Assembly: GCA_045592785.1 (NCBI GenBank)
Contig: JAZNVL010000031.1
Span: 1,147 to 65,146, forward strand
Source: Victivallales bacterium
GTDB taxonomy: Bacteria > Verrucomicrobiota > Lentisphaeria > Victivallales > UBA1829
Reading direction: 5' to 3'
DNA length: 64,000 nucleotides
Below, piece by piece: positions 18,801-28,261 of this stretch (position 1 is the stretch's first letter; every line of letters starts with the position of its first letter). The position numbers and the translations under genes were made by a program. The notes under the pieces were generated by a model. The model ran no database searches and was not told the origin of the DNA. It worked only from the letters and a program-made list of their open reading frames with translations.

Positions 18801-21800
18801 ATATCCCGGGGATCGTTCCTGTTCCGAAAACCGATCCGGCATACAATCTGTTTGTGGCTGTGAATCAGAAGAAGGACGGCAACGCGCTTCATGCGTGGTC
18901 CATGATCCGTGACCGTTTCCCGCTGCTGACCCAGCGTTGGAAAGAATTTGAGTTTGAATTTGTTCTGTGGGCGTTGGATATGGCGCGTACACAGAAGATG
19001 TATAAAGAAGCTGCCACTCTGGCACAGACTCTGTGGCTGGATGAAGGACGCCTCAGTCCGGAATACGCGGCACAGCTTGCATTGATCAAGGGTGATATCT
19101 ATCGTGATGAAAAGAATTATCCCATTGCAAGACTGGAATACGAAAGCTTGAACAACTCCAAGCGTTGCAATCAGACACCCGCCGGACGGATGGCGAAATT
19201 CCGTCTTGTGGAACTGCTGATCCTGACGGAAGACTTCGGATCCGCCCGGACCATGCTGGAACGTCTGACAGACTCCAACACGCTTGTTGACCAGGCAGAA
19301 GCATATTATCTGCTTGCGAAACTGGAATTTGCCAGCGATTCCTATGAACAGACCAATGAATTTCTGAAAGAAGTGTTCCAGCGCGTATACAACCATGTGG
19401 AAGGACGTCTGCTGGAAGCGACTGTGAAGTTGAAAATGGGTCGTGTGGAAGACGATGAAGTTGCCATCGGTACCCAGAAACTGGCGAAGATCCAGGTCCC
19501 GGGCAGACCGCTGATCCTGCAGATCGTGGACCAGAACCTGGGCGTGATCCGCGGCGGCAAATCGCTGCCCGTCCTTGTGACGACCACCAACGGCAAAGAC
19601 CGTGAAATCATTTCTCTGCTGCCCAGTGCATCCGATATGAACAAGTTTACCGCTAACGTTCCCACCGCGCTGGGCAGAGCTGTGCCCAACAACGGTCAGA
19701 TCGAACTGAACGGCAGTGACACGATCGAATATCAGATCGATCCTGAATTCCAGAAGGCGAACAACATTGTCCGCGGGAAGAATGTGAAGATCATCTGTTC
19801 CAGTGCAAAACTGTATGCCGGCGCGCAGCTGGCAGGCAATGATGAAACCCAGGAAGAACTCCGGTTCCAGCGCGAAATGGCGATGACCACCGGCGCCGCA
19901 TTCCGTGAATTCGGTAAAGTGATCCGCCCGGGTAATACCATTTATATCCGTGTCAATGACCCGGATATGAGTATGCACAGCAACAAGAGAGATACGATCA
20001 AGGTTGACCTGACCTGTAACTCCGGTGACCAACTTCTCGGTTTTGAACTGACAGAAACCGGGGCATGTACCGGCGTATTCGAAGGGAAAGTTCCCACCGC
20101 CATCCCGTTCCCCAACGTCACAGTTTCCAGTGCGCCGGAAGGACAGGATGTGAATGCCGTGATCAACAGCACGAAGAATACGACTTGGACCAGCAATGCG
20201 GCGGAAAAAGGAATGCAGTGGATCGAAGTCGATACCATGTCATCCCACCAGCTGAAACAGATGAACATCACGCTGCCCAACGTGGAAAGCGTGAAGTCCT
20301 TGCGGTTCTACGGATCTCTGGATTCCGGTGACGAACTGCTTTGTGCATATCCTGTGACGGCAGACGATAAGATCCGCGGCGGTCTGACCGTGCGTACGGT
20401 CGATAATCCCACGGGTGCTTACCGTCAGAACCTTGCCGGTCTGTTCAAGAAGGCGGGCGATGGTGTCTGGGTTGCCAATCCGGTATCTTACCGCAGCATT
20501 TCCAAGTCCAGATTCCGTGACCGCAATGGTCTCGTTGCCACGGAAATCTCCGGTTACTTCTATGTGCCGGAAAATATGACAGCGGAATTGAAATTCCTGC
20601 AACAGGCGAATGACGGTCAGACCTGTCAGGTCGTCATCGACAAGAAACTTGTGATGTCGAGCCGTATGAATGCCGCCGGTATCATGTCTACGAAACTGGT
20701 ACAGTTGCAGAAAGGGATCCATCATCTGGCGGTTTATGCACTTGATTCCGCGAAGAATTCCTCGGTGCAGCTCGGTATGCTCCAGGCGGACGGATCCGAA
20801 GTTCCGCTTCCGGCAGCATGGTTTGATGCCTCCAAGCACCCGGAACTGATGGAATATCTGCGTCCGAAAGGAAAGATCACGAAGACCGCGAACGGTTTCC
20901 GTGTGGATATGGAAACGGATGCAAGATTCCGTCGTTTCCGCTGGCAGTTTGATGAATTTGTGGGCAGACAGATCGAAGTGAGCAAGATCAGTGCCACGAA
21001 CCTGGAAGATGAAGCGATCCTTCCTGTGGAACATGACCTTTCCACCGGGAAAAACAATCAGACTTTGGAAATCGCGCCTGCCGACACGATCACGGTCCGT
21101 TATCATGACGAACGCCGTATCGAAGAAGACAAAGCGATCCTCGCTGATACGTTGTCCAGCTCCTTTGTCAATGCAACAGTCGCATTTGAATATGAAGAAG
21201 TATTCCTGGATGAAGAAGGCGTACCCCATTCTGAAATGAAGAGTGCGGTCCGCGTATCCAAGAACGATACCGTGACTGTCAGCGTGTACGATCCCGACTC
21301 TGACCAGTCGGAAGATCAGGAAACGGTTGACGTTGAAATCGTCACAAGTTCCGGCGAAAAGATTACGATGAAACTTCTGGAAACCACGGATTCATACAGC
21401 CGCGGAAGATTCTCCGATATTCTGAAATTCGGTGATGTTTCCGATGGAAGCAAGAATACCATCAAATTGCAAATGGGTGATACTGTGACCGCACGGTTCC
21501 TGGATAAGGAAAACAACTCACCCGGTATTCCGGTACACCGTACAGCGTTTCTGGAAAACAGTGTGACGAACCGTGTGTCTGTGAATGTATATTCAGCGAA
21601 ACCGGAAATGATCGAGGACCGCAGCGTTGCCGCCCGTGCCAAGATCAAAATGATGCGTGACAAAGGTGATAAGCGCGAAGATATCAAAATCTTCAAGGAA
21701 GTGATCTCCGTTACGCCCATCAAACAGGATCCCAAGGCGAAAGATGCTCCGGCCATTGCCAATACCAAAGCGCCGCTCCTCTTCGACGTGCTGGCTCCGG

Positions 21801-23482
21801 ACTTCGCCAAACATTCCGGCAGTGTTCTGAATGTGGAGATCCTCACCATGACAGAATTGAACGCCGCGAAGACGGAAGGACGTGATCCGAAGCCGCTGAC
21901 GGTCAAACTCAGATTGCAGCAGCTTTCCCAGTTGGCACGGACCAAGGGATATCAGACTGTCTTCAACGGGATCAACGACCGGCAGAATCTGGAACGCGGT
22001 GTGTTCACCGGTATCGTCAGACTCCAGCTCGGGTCCGCAGGTGATGAAGTCAATGACGTCGTCGCCAGCAACGAAACATACAACCTGTTGAATGTGGGTA
22101 ACAACACCGATCCCGATGCGTTCCGGATCCCCACTGTGATCGTTTCCGGTACGGATACGCTTTCCATCATCTGCAAAGGTGAGGACGGAAAAGTCCTGGC
22201 GAAACAGGATGTCCAGTTGCGGTCCGATGGGGAACTTGGACTCTACGACAAAGCATATCTCACCCCGAATCACTCGGTGCATCTGGGCCAGAACTTCTAT
22301 GTTCAGGTGTACGATCCGGACTGCGATGTGACTGCGGAACGTGACAATGTGACGGTGAAAGTTGCGGCGAAGACGGGCGATAAGATCGACCTGGTCCTTT
22401 CGGAAACGCTGCCTCATTCCGGTATTTTCTCCGGTTCCATGAAGGTGGATGTGAAACCGAAACCGCTGACTGGTGAAACCGAACCCAAGAAGTTGGAAAA
22501 CAACATTCTCTGGACCAGCTTCGGTGATAAAGTCACCTTCACTTACACCGATGAAAAACCCCTTGCCGGCAATAAAGCAATCGCTCACACGAAGGAAGGC
22601 GAAGTGGTCATCGGTTCTGACGGGGAAGTGGCAGTCTTCACCAAGAAGTTCAAAGATCCCGAAATGGCTGTGAAGACCAACTTCCTCATGGCGGAAGCAT
22701 TGTTCGAAATGGCGAAGAGTCACCGCAATATGCGTGATGAAGAAAAAGAAAAACAGGCACAGGAAGAAATCGCCAAGGGAAAACGCGTGCTGGAAGAAGC
22801 ACTGCGTGATTATCCCGATACCGCGCTCAAAGCGCAGGGCGACTTCCTGCTGGCAAACCTGGCGCAGCAGTTGGAAAATTACAACGATGCGATCGGACTT
22901 TATTCTTCCGTCCTGGCAAGATATCCGGACAGCGAATATGCGGTCAAGAGTCAGTTCCAGAAGGCAGTCTGTCTGGAAAAACTCGGGCAGTTCATCCCTG
23001 CCTGCGAAGAGTATGTGAAACTGACTTATCTGTATCCCAATGATAAGCTTGCTGCGGATGCAAAACTCCGCCTGGCGAACCATTACTACAAACAGAAAAA
23101 CTATAAGTCCTCCGCCTCCATCTTCCGGAAGTTTGCGGAACATCATCCGGATCATCCGCTGGCATCCAAAGGTCTGATGCTCGCCGGCTACTCCGCGGTG
23201 AAGTTCGAAGAACTCAAGATCAAGACGGCGGAAGCCATGAAGACGAAATACAGACCGGACTACACCACCGCGTGTAAGATCTTCCAGGATCTCATCGATA
23301 ACTTCCCGGATGATAAACAGATGCGTCCCGAAGCCATGTACTGGCTGGGTGACCTCTGGTTCAAGATAGGCGGCGATAAAGCAGCCAAGAGTTATCAGAT
23401 GCTCCAGAATCTGGTCTGGGATTATCCGGAAACCCGGTGGGCGAAACTGGCACGCGGTCGTCTCGCGGAACGTCAGGAGTAA
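15824..23482 (+). CDS. Giant secreted multidomain protein. Order: N-terminal helical/TPR region, repeated beta-modules, discoidin-like and PA14-like segments, C-terminal YbgF-like TPR array.
   Basis: Single uninterrupted ORF (track start GTG 15779). I prefer ATG 15824, with GGAGA 9 nt upstream. Signal-like MGTKHKNCLCAAAALLAFAMTMPVTAG. Repeated motif V.V.DPD...ETG..TG.F.G...GD.V...Y.D. C-terminal Y-P-D/N-S TPR repeats. Confidence 0.9.
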   Translation: MGTKHKNCLCAAAALLAFAMTMPVTAGPLDTAKELYGAGKYAECAKTLEKDAVRPDAPLEMQVLFMRANMRAGNAISATTAAAQILKQMKKPTLDILFDAAESARLAGEDTVALSRYLAFCNHPDAEKDKRFMTAAAYLTARGAYPEVFLKYAKAMGAVAMRMDVRGYFTDLIRARDNTSIARFIPGYMALYKDDQAMLDFLGTNLYHNANNLGAGQLGVVNALLDSGMPLPYLAGGYIVRAYDVCKVSNSERYRMGGRYVEKTGMIPGDEGVYILPAIQYIASIEDDVPKTAAAKTFFANYKYLLKSKDAGAISKFILYVGNADKKAFSFVKPEIMAKLYRRLHELRYKPYTAANMGPEYDAIIYKLFANDQVKQVRFLKDILTTLPGNSSDARYLFRTDITGSAAGAKDSNIRIWLESVAGNNKEKERVAVVYSLAELQTNKFMTKFYRGVTDTVALGDYDVGTLMASIAGVNAKAASSVKAVMDGVKISGSNEKNKQLIAAMARINTMKEDPGFAALEKFNGKGSNPVFAASSAVLAIGYNTKRLKDMDSAVERFVSAYKGKLPASFDQISNLEQLAAWKVFYLSLRYHGLRDGAYIQRNLKRWLPKIDAYGDPLCAALDAAGWHDEHLTRKWVDGLYVNTVKALAPLLAKAPKDVPHFPYSGYLCNRTMNKPNSNQSVLVPIYARFPQISLAYLGVNVLTMSPDYLIKQYEAILNSGSEYLKTDYVYGMAGVLRARAAKDKYNVPLSFVKNHLAKYMELCKKENTLSVAGEMEVMSTASAADRQALLEFYITQVAKRTNNDRFLTYQTLLTARGSWNAAIICTVLEKGVRAHLIDNGFIKNPTGMVMSNNALFEAVNQVLGNKEATQPQKDSVKIIAQEFQDALLARDIISRFESWSYLAPRLEGFLDRKNADALLTGSATMVIAETLKRATNAWYATQSVDRVYKTITDRAAPQTKYVFLTSVSGGTADFNVEMKNKYLSEISKLSKDIPGIVPVPKTDPAYNLFVAVNQKKDGNALHAWSMIRDRFPLLTQRWKEFEFEFVLWALDMARTQKMYKEAATLAQTLWLDEGRLSPEYAAQLALIKGDIYRDEKNYPIARLEYESLNNSKRCNQTPAGRMAKFRLVELLILTEDFGSARTMLERLTDSNTLVDQAEAYYLLAKLEFASDSYEQTNEFLKEVFQRVYNHVEGRLLEATVKLKMGRVEDDEVAIGTQKLAKIQVPGRPLILQIVDQNLGVIRGGKSLPVLVTTTNGKDREIISLLPSASDMNKFTANVPTALGRAVPNNGQIELNGSDTIEYQIDPEFQKANNIVRGKNVKIICSSAKLYAGAQLAGNDETQEELRFQREMAMTTGAAFREFGKVIRPGNTIYIRVNDPDMSMHSNKRDTIKVDLTCNSGDQLLGFELTETGACTGVFEGKVPTAIPFPNVTVSSAPEGQDVNAVINSTKNTTWTSNAAEKGMQWIEVDTMSSHQLKQMNITLPNVESVKSLRFYGSLDSGDELLCAYPVTADDKIRGGLTVRTVDNPTGAYRQNLAGLFKKAGDGVWVANPVSYRSISKSRFRDRNGLVATEISGYFYVPENMTAELKFLQQANDGQTCQVVIDKKLVMSSRMNAAGIMSTKLVQLQKGIHHLAVYALDSAKNSSVQLGMLQADGSEVPLPAAWFDASKHPELMEYLRPKGKITKTANGFRVDMETDARFRRFRWQFDEFVGRQIEVSKISATNLEDEAILPVEHDLSTGKNNQTLEIAPADTITVRYHDERRIEEDKAILADTLSSSFVNATVAFEYEEVFLDEEGVPHSEMKSAVRVSKNDTVTVSVYDPDSDQSEDQETVDVEIVTSSGEKITMKLLETTDSYSRGRFSDILKFGDVSDGSKNTIKLQMGDTVTARFLDKENNSPGIPVHRTAFLENSVTNRVSVNVYSAKPEMIEDRSVAARAKIKMMRDKGDKREDIKIFKEVISVTPIKQDPKAKDAPAIANTKAPLLFDVLAPDFAKHSGSVLNVEILTMTELNAAKTEGRDPKPLTVKLRLQQLSQLARTKGYQTVFNGINDRQNLERGVFTGIVRLQLGSAGDEVNDVVASNETYNLLNVGNNTDPDAFRIPTVIVSGTDTLSIICKGEDGKVLAKQDVQLRSDGELGLYDKAYLTPNHSVHLGQNFYVQVYDPDCDVTAERDNVTVKVAAKTGDKIDLVLSETLPHSGIFSGSMKVDVKPKPLTGETEPKKLENNILWTSFGDKVTFTYTDEKPLAGNKAIAHTKEGEVVIGSDGEVAVFTKKFKDPEMAVKTNFLMAEALFEMAKSHRNMRDEEKEKQAQEEIAKGKRVLEEALRDYPDTALKAQGDFLLANLAQQLENYNDAIGLYSSVLARYPDSEYAVKSQFQKAVCLEKLGQFIPACEEYVKLTYLYPNDKLAADAKLRLANHYYKQKNYKSSASIFRKFAEHHPDHPLASKGLMLAGYSAVKFEELKIKTAEAMKTKYRPDYTTACKIFQDLIDNFPDDKQMRPEAMYWLGDLWFKIGGDKAAKSYQMLQNLVWDYPETRWAKLARGRLAERQE

Positions 23483-23498
23483 TCAGAGAAAGAGTCGA

Positions 23499-23528
23499 TC
23501 CCCGGCGTTGGCAGCAATGCCGGGGATA
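23499..23528 (+). other. Intercistronic GC-rich hairpin without a U-tract
   Basis: ATCCCCGGC (23499-23507) pairs with GCCGGGGAT (23520-23528) across a 12-nt loop. Lies between the giant gene and the next TPR gene. Confidence 0.3.
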
Positions 23529-23560
23529 AAACAGCAACCTGTCACATCGTTGGAAATAAT

Positions 23561-25162
23561 ATGAAAAAGTTGATTTATCTGATTGCAGTCCTCCTGGTAT
23601 GCGGTTCTGCATTGCAAGCGCAGGAAGAATATTGGCGTGTGGTCTCTGCTGAACAGGTGAAGACGATGAACGCCTTTGAACGTGCGCAGTACCTCAAAGG
23701 ACTGAACGCCCTCAATGCGAAACAATATCGGTCCGCGGCATTGGAATTCGAACGTTTTACGCTCCAGTTCCAGAGTTCCGATATGAAGCCTTATATGATC
23801 TTCCTCCGCGCGTATTCTCTTTATTGCGCCAAGGACCGGAACAAAGCGATTTCCGTATTCAATGAAGTCGTGGACTATTTCCCCGGGGAGATCAATGCGG
23901 CTGCACCTGCCATTTATTATCGCGGGATGGCGCATTTTGACAACGGCGATTATGCCAAGGGTATGACCTCCATGAAGGAAGTCATCGACGATGCGGATTA
24001 TCAGGAACACCGTGTTGCGGCAAGTGCCTCGCTGCAGTTGGTCCGCAACTATTGGCGGAACAAAGAACCGGAGAAGGCTGCCGCTTATCTGAAACAGATC
24101 TTTGATAATTTCCGCAAGAAAGCACCCAGTACTGCCGATTCCGCACGGGATCTTTACGTTGCATATTGTATGGCAACGGGACGTCACAAGGAGTATCAGG
24201 CATGGTATTTTGAAACGTTTGCCGCCGATGCCGTGGAAAAAAAATTGAACCGTGAACAGTTCCGTATCAATATGGCGGAACTGCCCTACCGGCTCGTGGT
24301 CCATTATTACCATTCTCTGTTCAATCATGATGACCGGATCAACAAATATCGCGGTTACAAGAAAAAAGGCGGCACGGATCCTTATGAACAGGTATGGCAG
24401 GTATTGAAAGATCTGCGGTCCAGTTACGAAAAAGAAGGGAAACTGTGGGATTGGTTCGAACATGTGATCCGTCTGAATGTGTATCGCAGATTCATGAAAC
24501 CTGCGGAACTGGAAGATATCGTTGCCCAGTGCTGCAAACATGTTGCCACCCTTTCCATTGAGAAGGATGTGAACCGCAGAGTCAATTGTTACAATCATAT
24601 TGTCAGCCTGCTGATCCAGGCGAGAAGATTCGATCAGGCGACTTACGTCAACAACCGGATCGACAATCTGAAAACACGCGGCTGGAATGAATATGAGATC
24701 CTCCGTCACCAGAACAAGTGGCAGGAAAGTATCGCGCAGCTTGACCGGATCCGCGCCAATTTCAAAGATGATGCGAATCTTGTCCGCAGAGCCAACTGGG
24801 CGCGCGGCTGGATCTATCGTGATCAACTGCGCAAGTATGATGATGCCATTGCGGCATACCGTGAAGTTGCGGATCCCCCGCGGAACCTGTGGGATATCGC
24901 AGAATGTCACAAGCGCAAAAATGATAAAAATGCAGCGATCCGTCAGTATATAGAGATCGAAAATGCGTTCCCCAATGATGGCCCGGCTGCCGCATGGGCG
25001 AGAGCGGATTACTATCATCATCTGGGTGACAAGACCATGGCGGTGAAAGAAGGACGCTATATCATGAAGAAGTATCCGAAGTCAAGACAGTCTTCCTACG
25101 CTCATCAGTTGCTGGAAAAATACGGTATCGAAACCGGCGGCGGTGTCGTGGATGATATGTAA
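23561..25162 (+). CDS. Secreted TPR-repeat protein
   Basis: 533 aa. Signal peptide MKKLIYLIAVLLVCGSALQAQ. TPR-like helices throughout (e.g. YYRGMAHFDNGDYAKG, AIAAYREV). Confidence 0.8.
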   Translation: MKKLIYLIAVLLVCGSALQAQEEYWRVVSAEQVKTMNAFERAQYLKGLNALNAKQYRSAALEFERFTLQFQSSDMKPYMIFLRAYSLYCAKDRNKAISVFNEVVDYFPGEINAAAPAIYYRGMAHFDNGDYAKGMTSMKEVIDDADYQEHRVAASASLQLVRNYWRNKEPEKAAAYLKQIFDNFRKKAPSTADSARDLYVAYCMATGRHKEYQAWYFETFAADAVEKKLNREQFRINMAELPYRLVVHYYHSLFNHDDRINKYRGYKKKGGTDPYEQVWQVLKDLRSSYEKEGKLWDWFEHVIRLNVYRRFMKPAELEDIVAQCCKHVATLSIEKDVNRRVNCYNHIVSLLIQARRFDQATYVNNRIDNLKTRGWNEYEILRHQNKWQESIAQLDRIRANFKDDANLVRRANWARGWIYRDQLRKYDDAIAAYREVADPPRNLWDIAECHKRKNDKNAAIRQYIEIENAFPNDGPAAAWARADYYHHLGDKTMAVKEGRYIMKKYPKSRQSSYAHQLLEKYGIETGGGVVDDM

Positions 25163-25207
25163 TATGGTTTTTAAGATGAAGTTTAATATAAAACAGGATG
25201 AGACATT

Positions 25208-27568
25208 ATGAAAAACATGTACCGGTCAGGAATCCTTCCCCGTTTGCTCATTTGCGCAGCGGTATTCGGCACAGTCTGCACAGTTGCGGCAGACCAGGCA
25301 TTTGCACAGGCTCCTAAAAAGTCCGCCAAAACCCCGAAAAAGGGCAGAGGAAACGATATGGAGTACGATGCCCAGGCAATGCTGAAAAAGGGGATCGAAT
25401 ATCTGGAAATGAAACAGGAAGAACGCGGGGTGAAGACGATCACCCAGGTCACATTGCAGTATCCCGAATCCAAAGCGGCATTCCAGGCGGAAGTCGTTCT
25501 CGGTAATTATTACATCGAAAAACGGCAATACGACCTGGCTGTCAAACGTTTGCAGAAAGTCGCCCAGCATGAAGATCCCGAAATCCAGGCGGAAGCCCTT
25601 TACAAAATCGGTATCTGTTACTTCAATTCCGGCGAATACAATAAAGCGTTCCTCTCTCTCCGTCAGGTCACAAACAAGTTCCCCGGAAGCGTTCATGCCA
25701 ATGAAGCATATTATTACATCGGGTTGTGTCACTTCAGTTTGAACCGCTGGACACAGGCCGTGGATGCGTTGGAACGGGTGGGCACCAGCGTGAATGCACA
25801 GAACAAAACTCCCGAGGCAAAAACCGAAGCCGGACTCCTGCTGGCGGAAGCCGGACAGCGTTTGTTCGTCAAGATCCAGGACGAAGACCTGGCAGTTCTC
25901 ATCACCGAAGATTCCGGCAAGGTGCTGAAAGTTCGCCTTACCAATGAAAACGGGGATGAAGAAACCATCGAACTGGAAGGTCTGGGCAAAGAAGGTGCGA
26001 CCTTTATCGGCTCCATTGCCACACAGCCCGGCATCGCCGCAAAAAATGACGGTACTCTCCAGATCAAGGGCGGCGATAAAGTCACCGTTACTTACGTTGA
26101 TACCCATACCGATTCCGGCAAAACCAATGTGGAAGTCAAAGCCATGATCCCCATGGTCTCCACGGCTTCTGTCGGTTTCACCAGCGGTAACTATCAGGAT
26201 TACTGCTACGGTATCTTCGGCGCACAGGATTTCTTCATGCGTGTCCGTGACCTGGATAAAGACGTGACACCCCAGCCCGATACTGTTACCGTGAAAGTCA
26301 CCTCCCTCTACAAAGTGGAAAAGGAAGAAGACCTTTCCGCCGGGATCAACTTTGATGATCAGGAACCCGAATATCAGATCCGTGACACCAAAGAATTTGT
26401 GCTGAAAGAAACCGGTCCCCGTACCGGTATCTTTACCGCTGTTTCCAAAACAAATCTTCTGGAAGAACCCAGGAAAGAAGAGAAGGAAGATGTTCCTCCG
26501 GGATCCGAAGCACCTGTTGCGGCTCCTGCTCCCGCTCCTGCGGCGGCATCTGCGGATGATGACAAATATCTGCGTGTGATGAATGGCGATACCATGCAGA
26601 TCGAATATGTGGATGATGTGCACATTGCGGGGAACGAACCTGTGACCCGTATTTTCAAATCGAAACTGATGGTCGGCGAGATCTCCAACGTGCTTTCCCA
26701 GTCCCGCGAAGTGGATGACCTGGTCGTGAAGGCGAGAAAGAACCTGATCGAAAGTAAGATGCTGCTCTATCTGGCACAGATCTTCAAGGAAGTCGGTCTG
26801 ATCGAATATGCCAATGCACGCGCAGCCGAAGGTCTGGTGAAAGTGGATACGGTCCTGAGCATTCATTCCGATGCTCCGCTGGAACATGGGATCCTGGAAG
26901 ATGCGTTCAATACGAAATGGGAACTCTTCATCGTACAGGATAAGATCCGTGATGCCATCAAGGTCTGCAGTATGCTGATCAAGACATTCCCCGAATCCAC
27001 ACTTGTTGACCGCGCTCTGATGAAGATCGCCGAGATCAAGATCAAAGAAGGCGACAACCGTTCTGTGCAGGAAGGTTTGAATATCTACCGCGGTATCCTG
27101 CAGCTGCCGAAATCCGATTTGAAGGCGGAAGCGCAGTATCGTATTGCGGAAGTCTCTATGGCGGGCGCAGTGGCGAAGACCCGGGAAATGCAGGCGAAGG
27201 ACCCGACTTACAAGCCCAATTATGCGGCTGTGATGGCGGAATTCAAGAAATGCTCTGACAACTATCCGGACTCCGCATTTGCCGGAAAATCTCTGGAAAA
27301 GATCGCCGACTTCTACCTGGAAGGAAACGACTTCCAGCGCGTGATGGATATGATGGAACAGATCTTCCAGGATTATCCCGACGGCGACTTCCTGGATCGT
27401 ATGCTCTACAAATGGGCTGTTGCCGCATTCAAACTGGAACGTTTCCAGGTCGCTAATGAAAAATGCGAACAGCTTATGAGTGAATATCCCAACTCTGCCG
27501 AAGCGAAAAAGGCCAATCAGCTCCGTCAGCTGATCCGGAACCGTGTCGCAGCTCTCAATGAAGAATAA
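25208..27568 (+). CDS. Secreted protein with the order TPR, two beta-modules, TPR. The flanking TPR regions are YbgF-like and the modules are the same type as in the giant protein.
   Basis: 786 aa. Signal-like N-terminus. YPESKAAFQAEVVLGNYY TPR. Modules FVKIQDEDL...GDKVTVTYVD and FFMRVRDLDKD...LKETGPRTGIFTA...GDTMQIEYVDD. Ala/Pro linker. Confidence 0.85.
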   Translation: MKNMYRSGILPRLLICAAVFGTVCTVAADQAFAQAPKKSAKTPKKGRGNDMEYDAQAMLKKGIEYLEMKQEERGVKTITQVTLQYPESKAAFQAEVVLGNYYIEKRQYDLAVKRLQKVAQHEDPEIQAEALYKIGICYFNSGEYNKAFLSLRQVTNKFPGSVHANEAYYYIGLCHFSLNRWTQAVDALERVGTSVNAQNKTPEAKTEAGLLLAEAGQRLFVKIQDEDLAVLITEDSGKVLKVRLTNENGDEETIELEGLGKEGATFIGSIATQPGIAAKNDGTLQIKGGDKVTVTYVDTHTDSGKTNVEVKAMIPMVSTASVGFTSGNYQDYCYGIFGAQDFFMRVRDLDKDVTPQPDTVTVKVTSLYKVEKEEDLSAGINFDDQEPEYQIRDTKEFVLKETGPRTGIFTAVSKTNLLEEPRKEEKEDVPPGSEAPVAAPAPAPAAASADDDKYLRVMNGDTMQIEYVDDVHIAGNEPVTRIFKSKLMVGEISNVLSQSREVDDLVVKARKNLIESKMLLYLAQIFKEVGLIEYANARAAEGLVKVDTVLSIHSDAPLEHGILEDAFNTKWELFIVQDKIRDAIKVCSMLIKTFPESTLVDRALMKIAEIKIKEGDNRSVQEGLNIYRGILQLPKSDLKAEAQYRIAEVSMAGAVAKTREMQAKDPTYKPNYAAVMAEFKKCSDNYPDSAFAGKSLEKIADFYLEGNDFQRVMDMMEQIFQDYPDGDFLDRMLYKWAVAAFKLERFQVANEKCEQLMSEYPNSAEAKKANQLRQLIRNRVAALNEE

Positions 27569-27598
27569 TTAACATTTAACGTATAAGGAGTTTTAATT

Positions 27599-28240
27599 AT
27601 GCTCGAATTTATTTTCAATGGCGGATTTCTCATGTATCCGCTGGTCCTTCTTTCTGTGGTCGGTGTCGCCATCATGATCGACCGTGCCTGTGCATTCCAT
27701 GCGGCAGCGCGTGACAACGAGGCGTTGAAACGCGATGTGATGGAAGCAGTGGAAGACAACCGTCTGGAAGATGCAGAACAAATCTGCGCGAATGTGGGTG
27801 GTCCTGTGGCAGCCGTGCTGCTGGTGGGGATCCAGAAATTCCGTAAACTGGCGGATTCCGACCGCCCCATGAACGAAGTCAGTGATATCGTGCGTAAATC
27901 CATGGAAGATTATGCTCCGGTCGCGCTCGGTACCCTGGAACGGAATGTCAGCACACTCCCCATCGTGGCAAGTCTTTCCCCGCTGATCGGGATGACCGGT
28001 ACTGTCACCGGGATGATCGGGTCCTTCAACGCGATGGCGGAATCCACCACGCTGGAAGCGACGACGGTATCCGCCGGTATTTCGGAAGCTCTGATTACGA
28101 CCGCAGCCGGTCTGATCATTGCCATGCCTTCTGTGATCGCCTATAACATTTTCACCAAGCGTATCGATGCCAGTGTCATGGATCTTGATATGGCATGCAC
28201 ACAGCTGGTGGACTACATTGCACTGGATTACAAGAAATAA
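27599..28240 (+). CDS. MotA/TolQ/ExbB-family proton channel (canonical three-TM form)
   Basis: 213 aa. GGFLMYPLVLLSVVGVAIMIDR N-terminus and LSPLIGMTGTVTGMIGSF...ALITTAAGLIIAMP signature. AAGGAG RBS. Confidence 0.9.
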   Translation: MLEFIFNGGFLMYPLVLLSVVGVAIMIDRACAFHAAARDNEALKRDVMEAVEDNRLEDAEQICANVGGPVAAVLLVGIQKFRKLADSDRPMNEVSDIVRKSMEDYAPVALGTLERNVSTLPIVASLSPLIGMTGTVTGMIGSFNAMAESTTLEATTVSAGISEALITTAAGLIIAMPSVIAYNIFTKRIDASVMDLDMACTQLVDYIALDYKK

Positions 28241-28261
28241 TCACTGGAACGAAGGCGCAAC

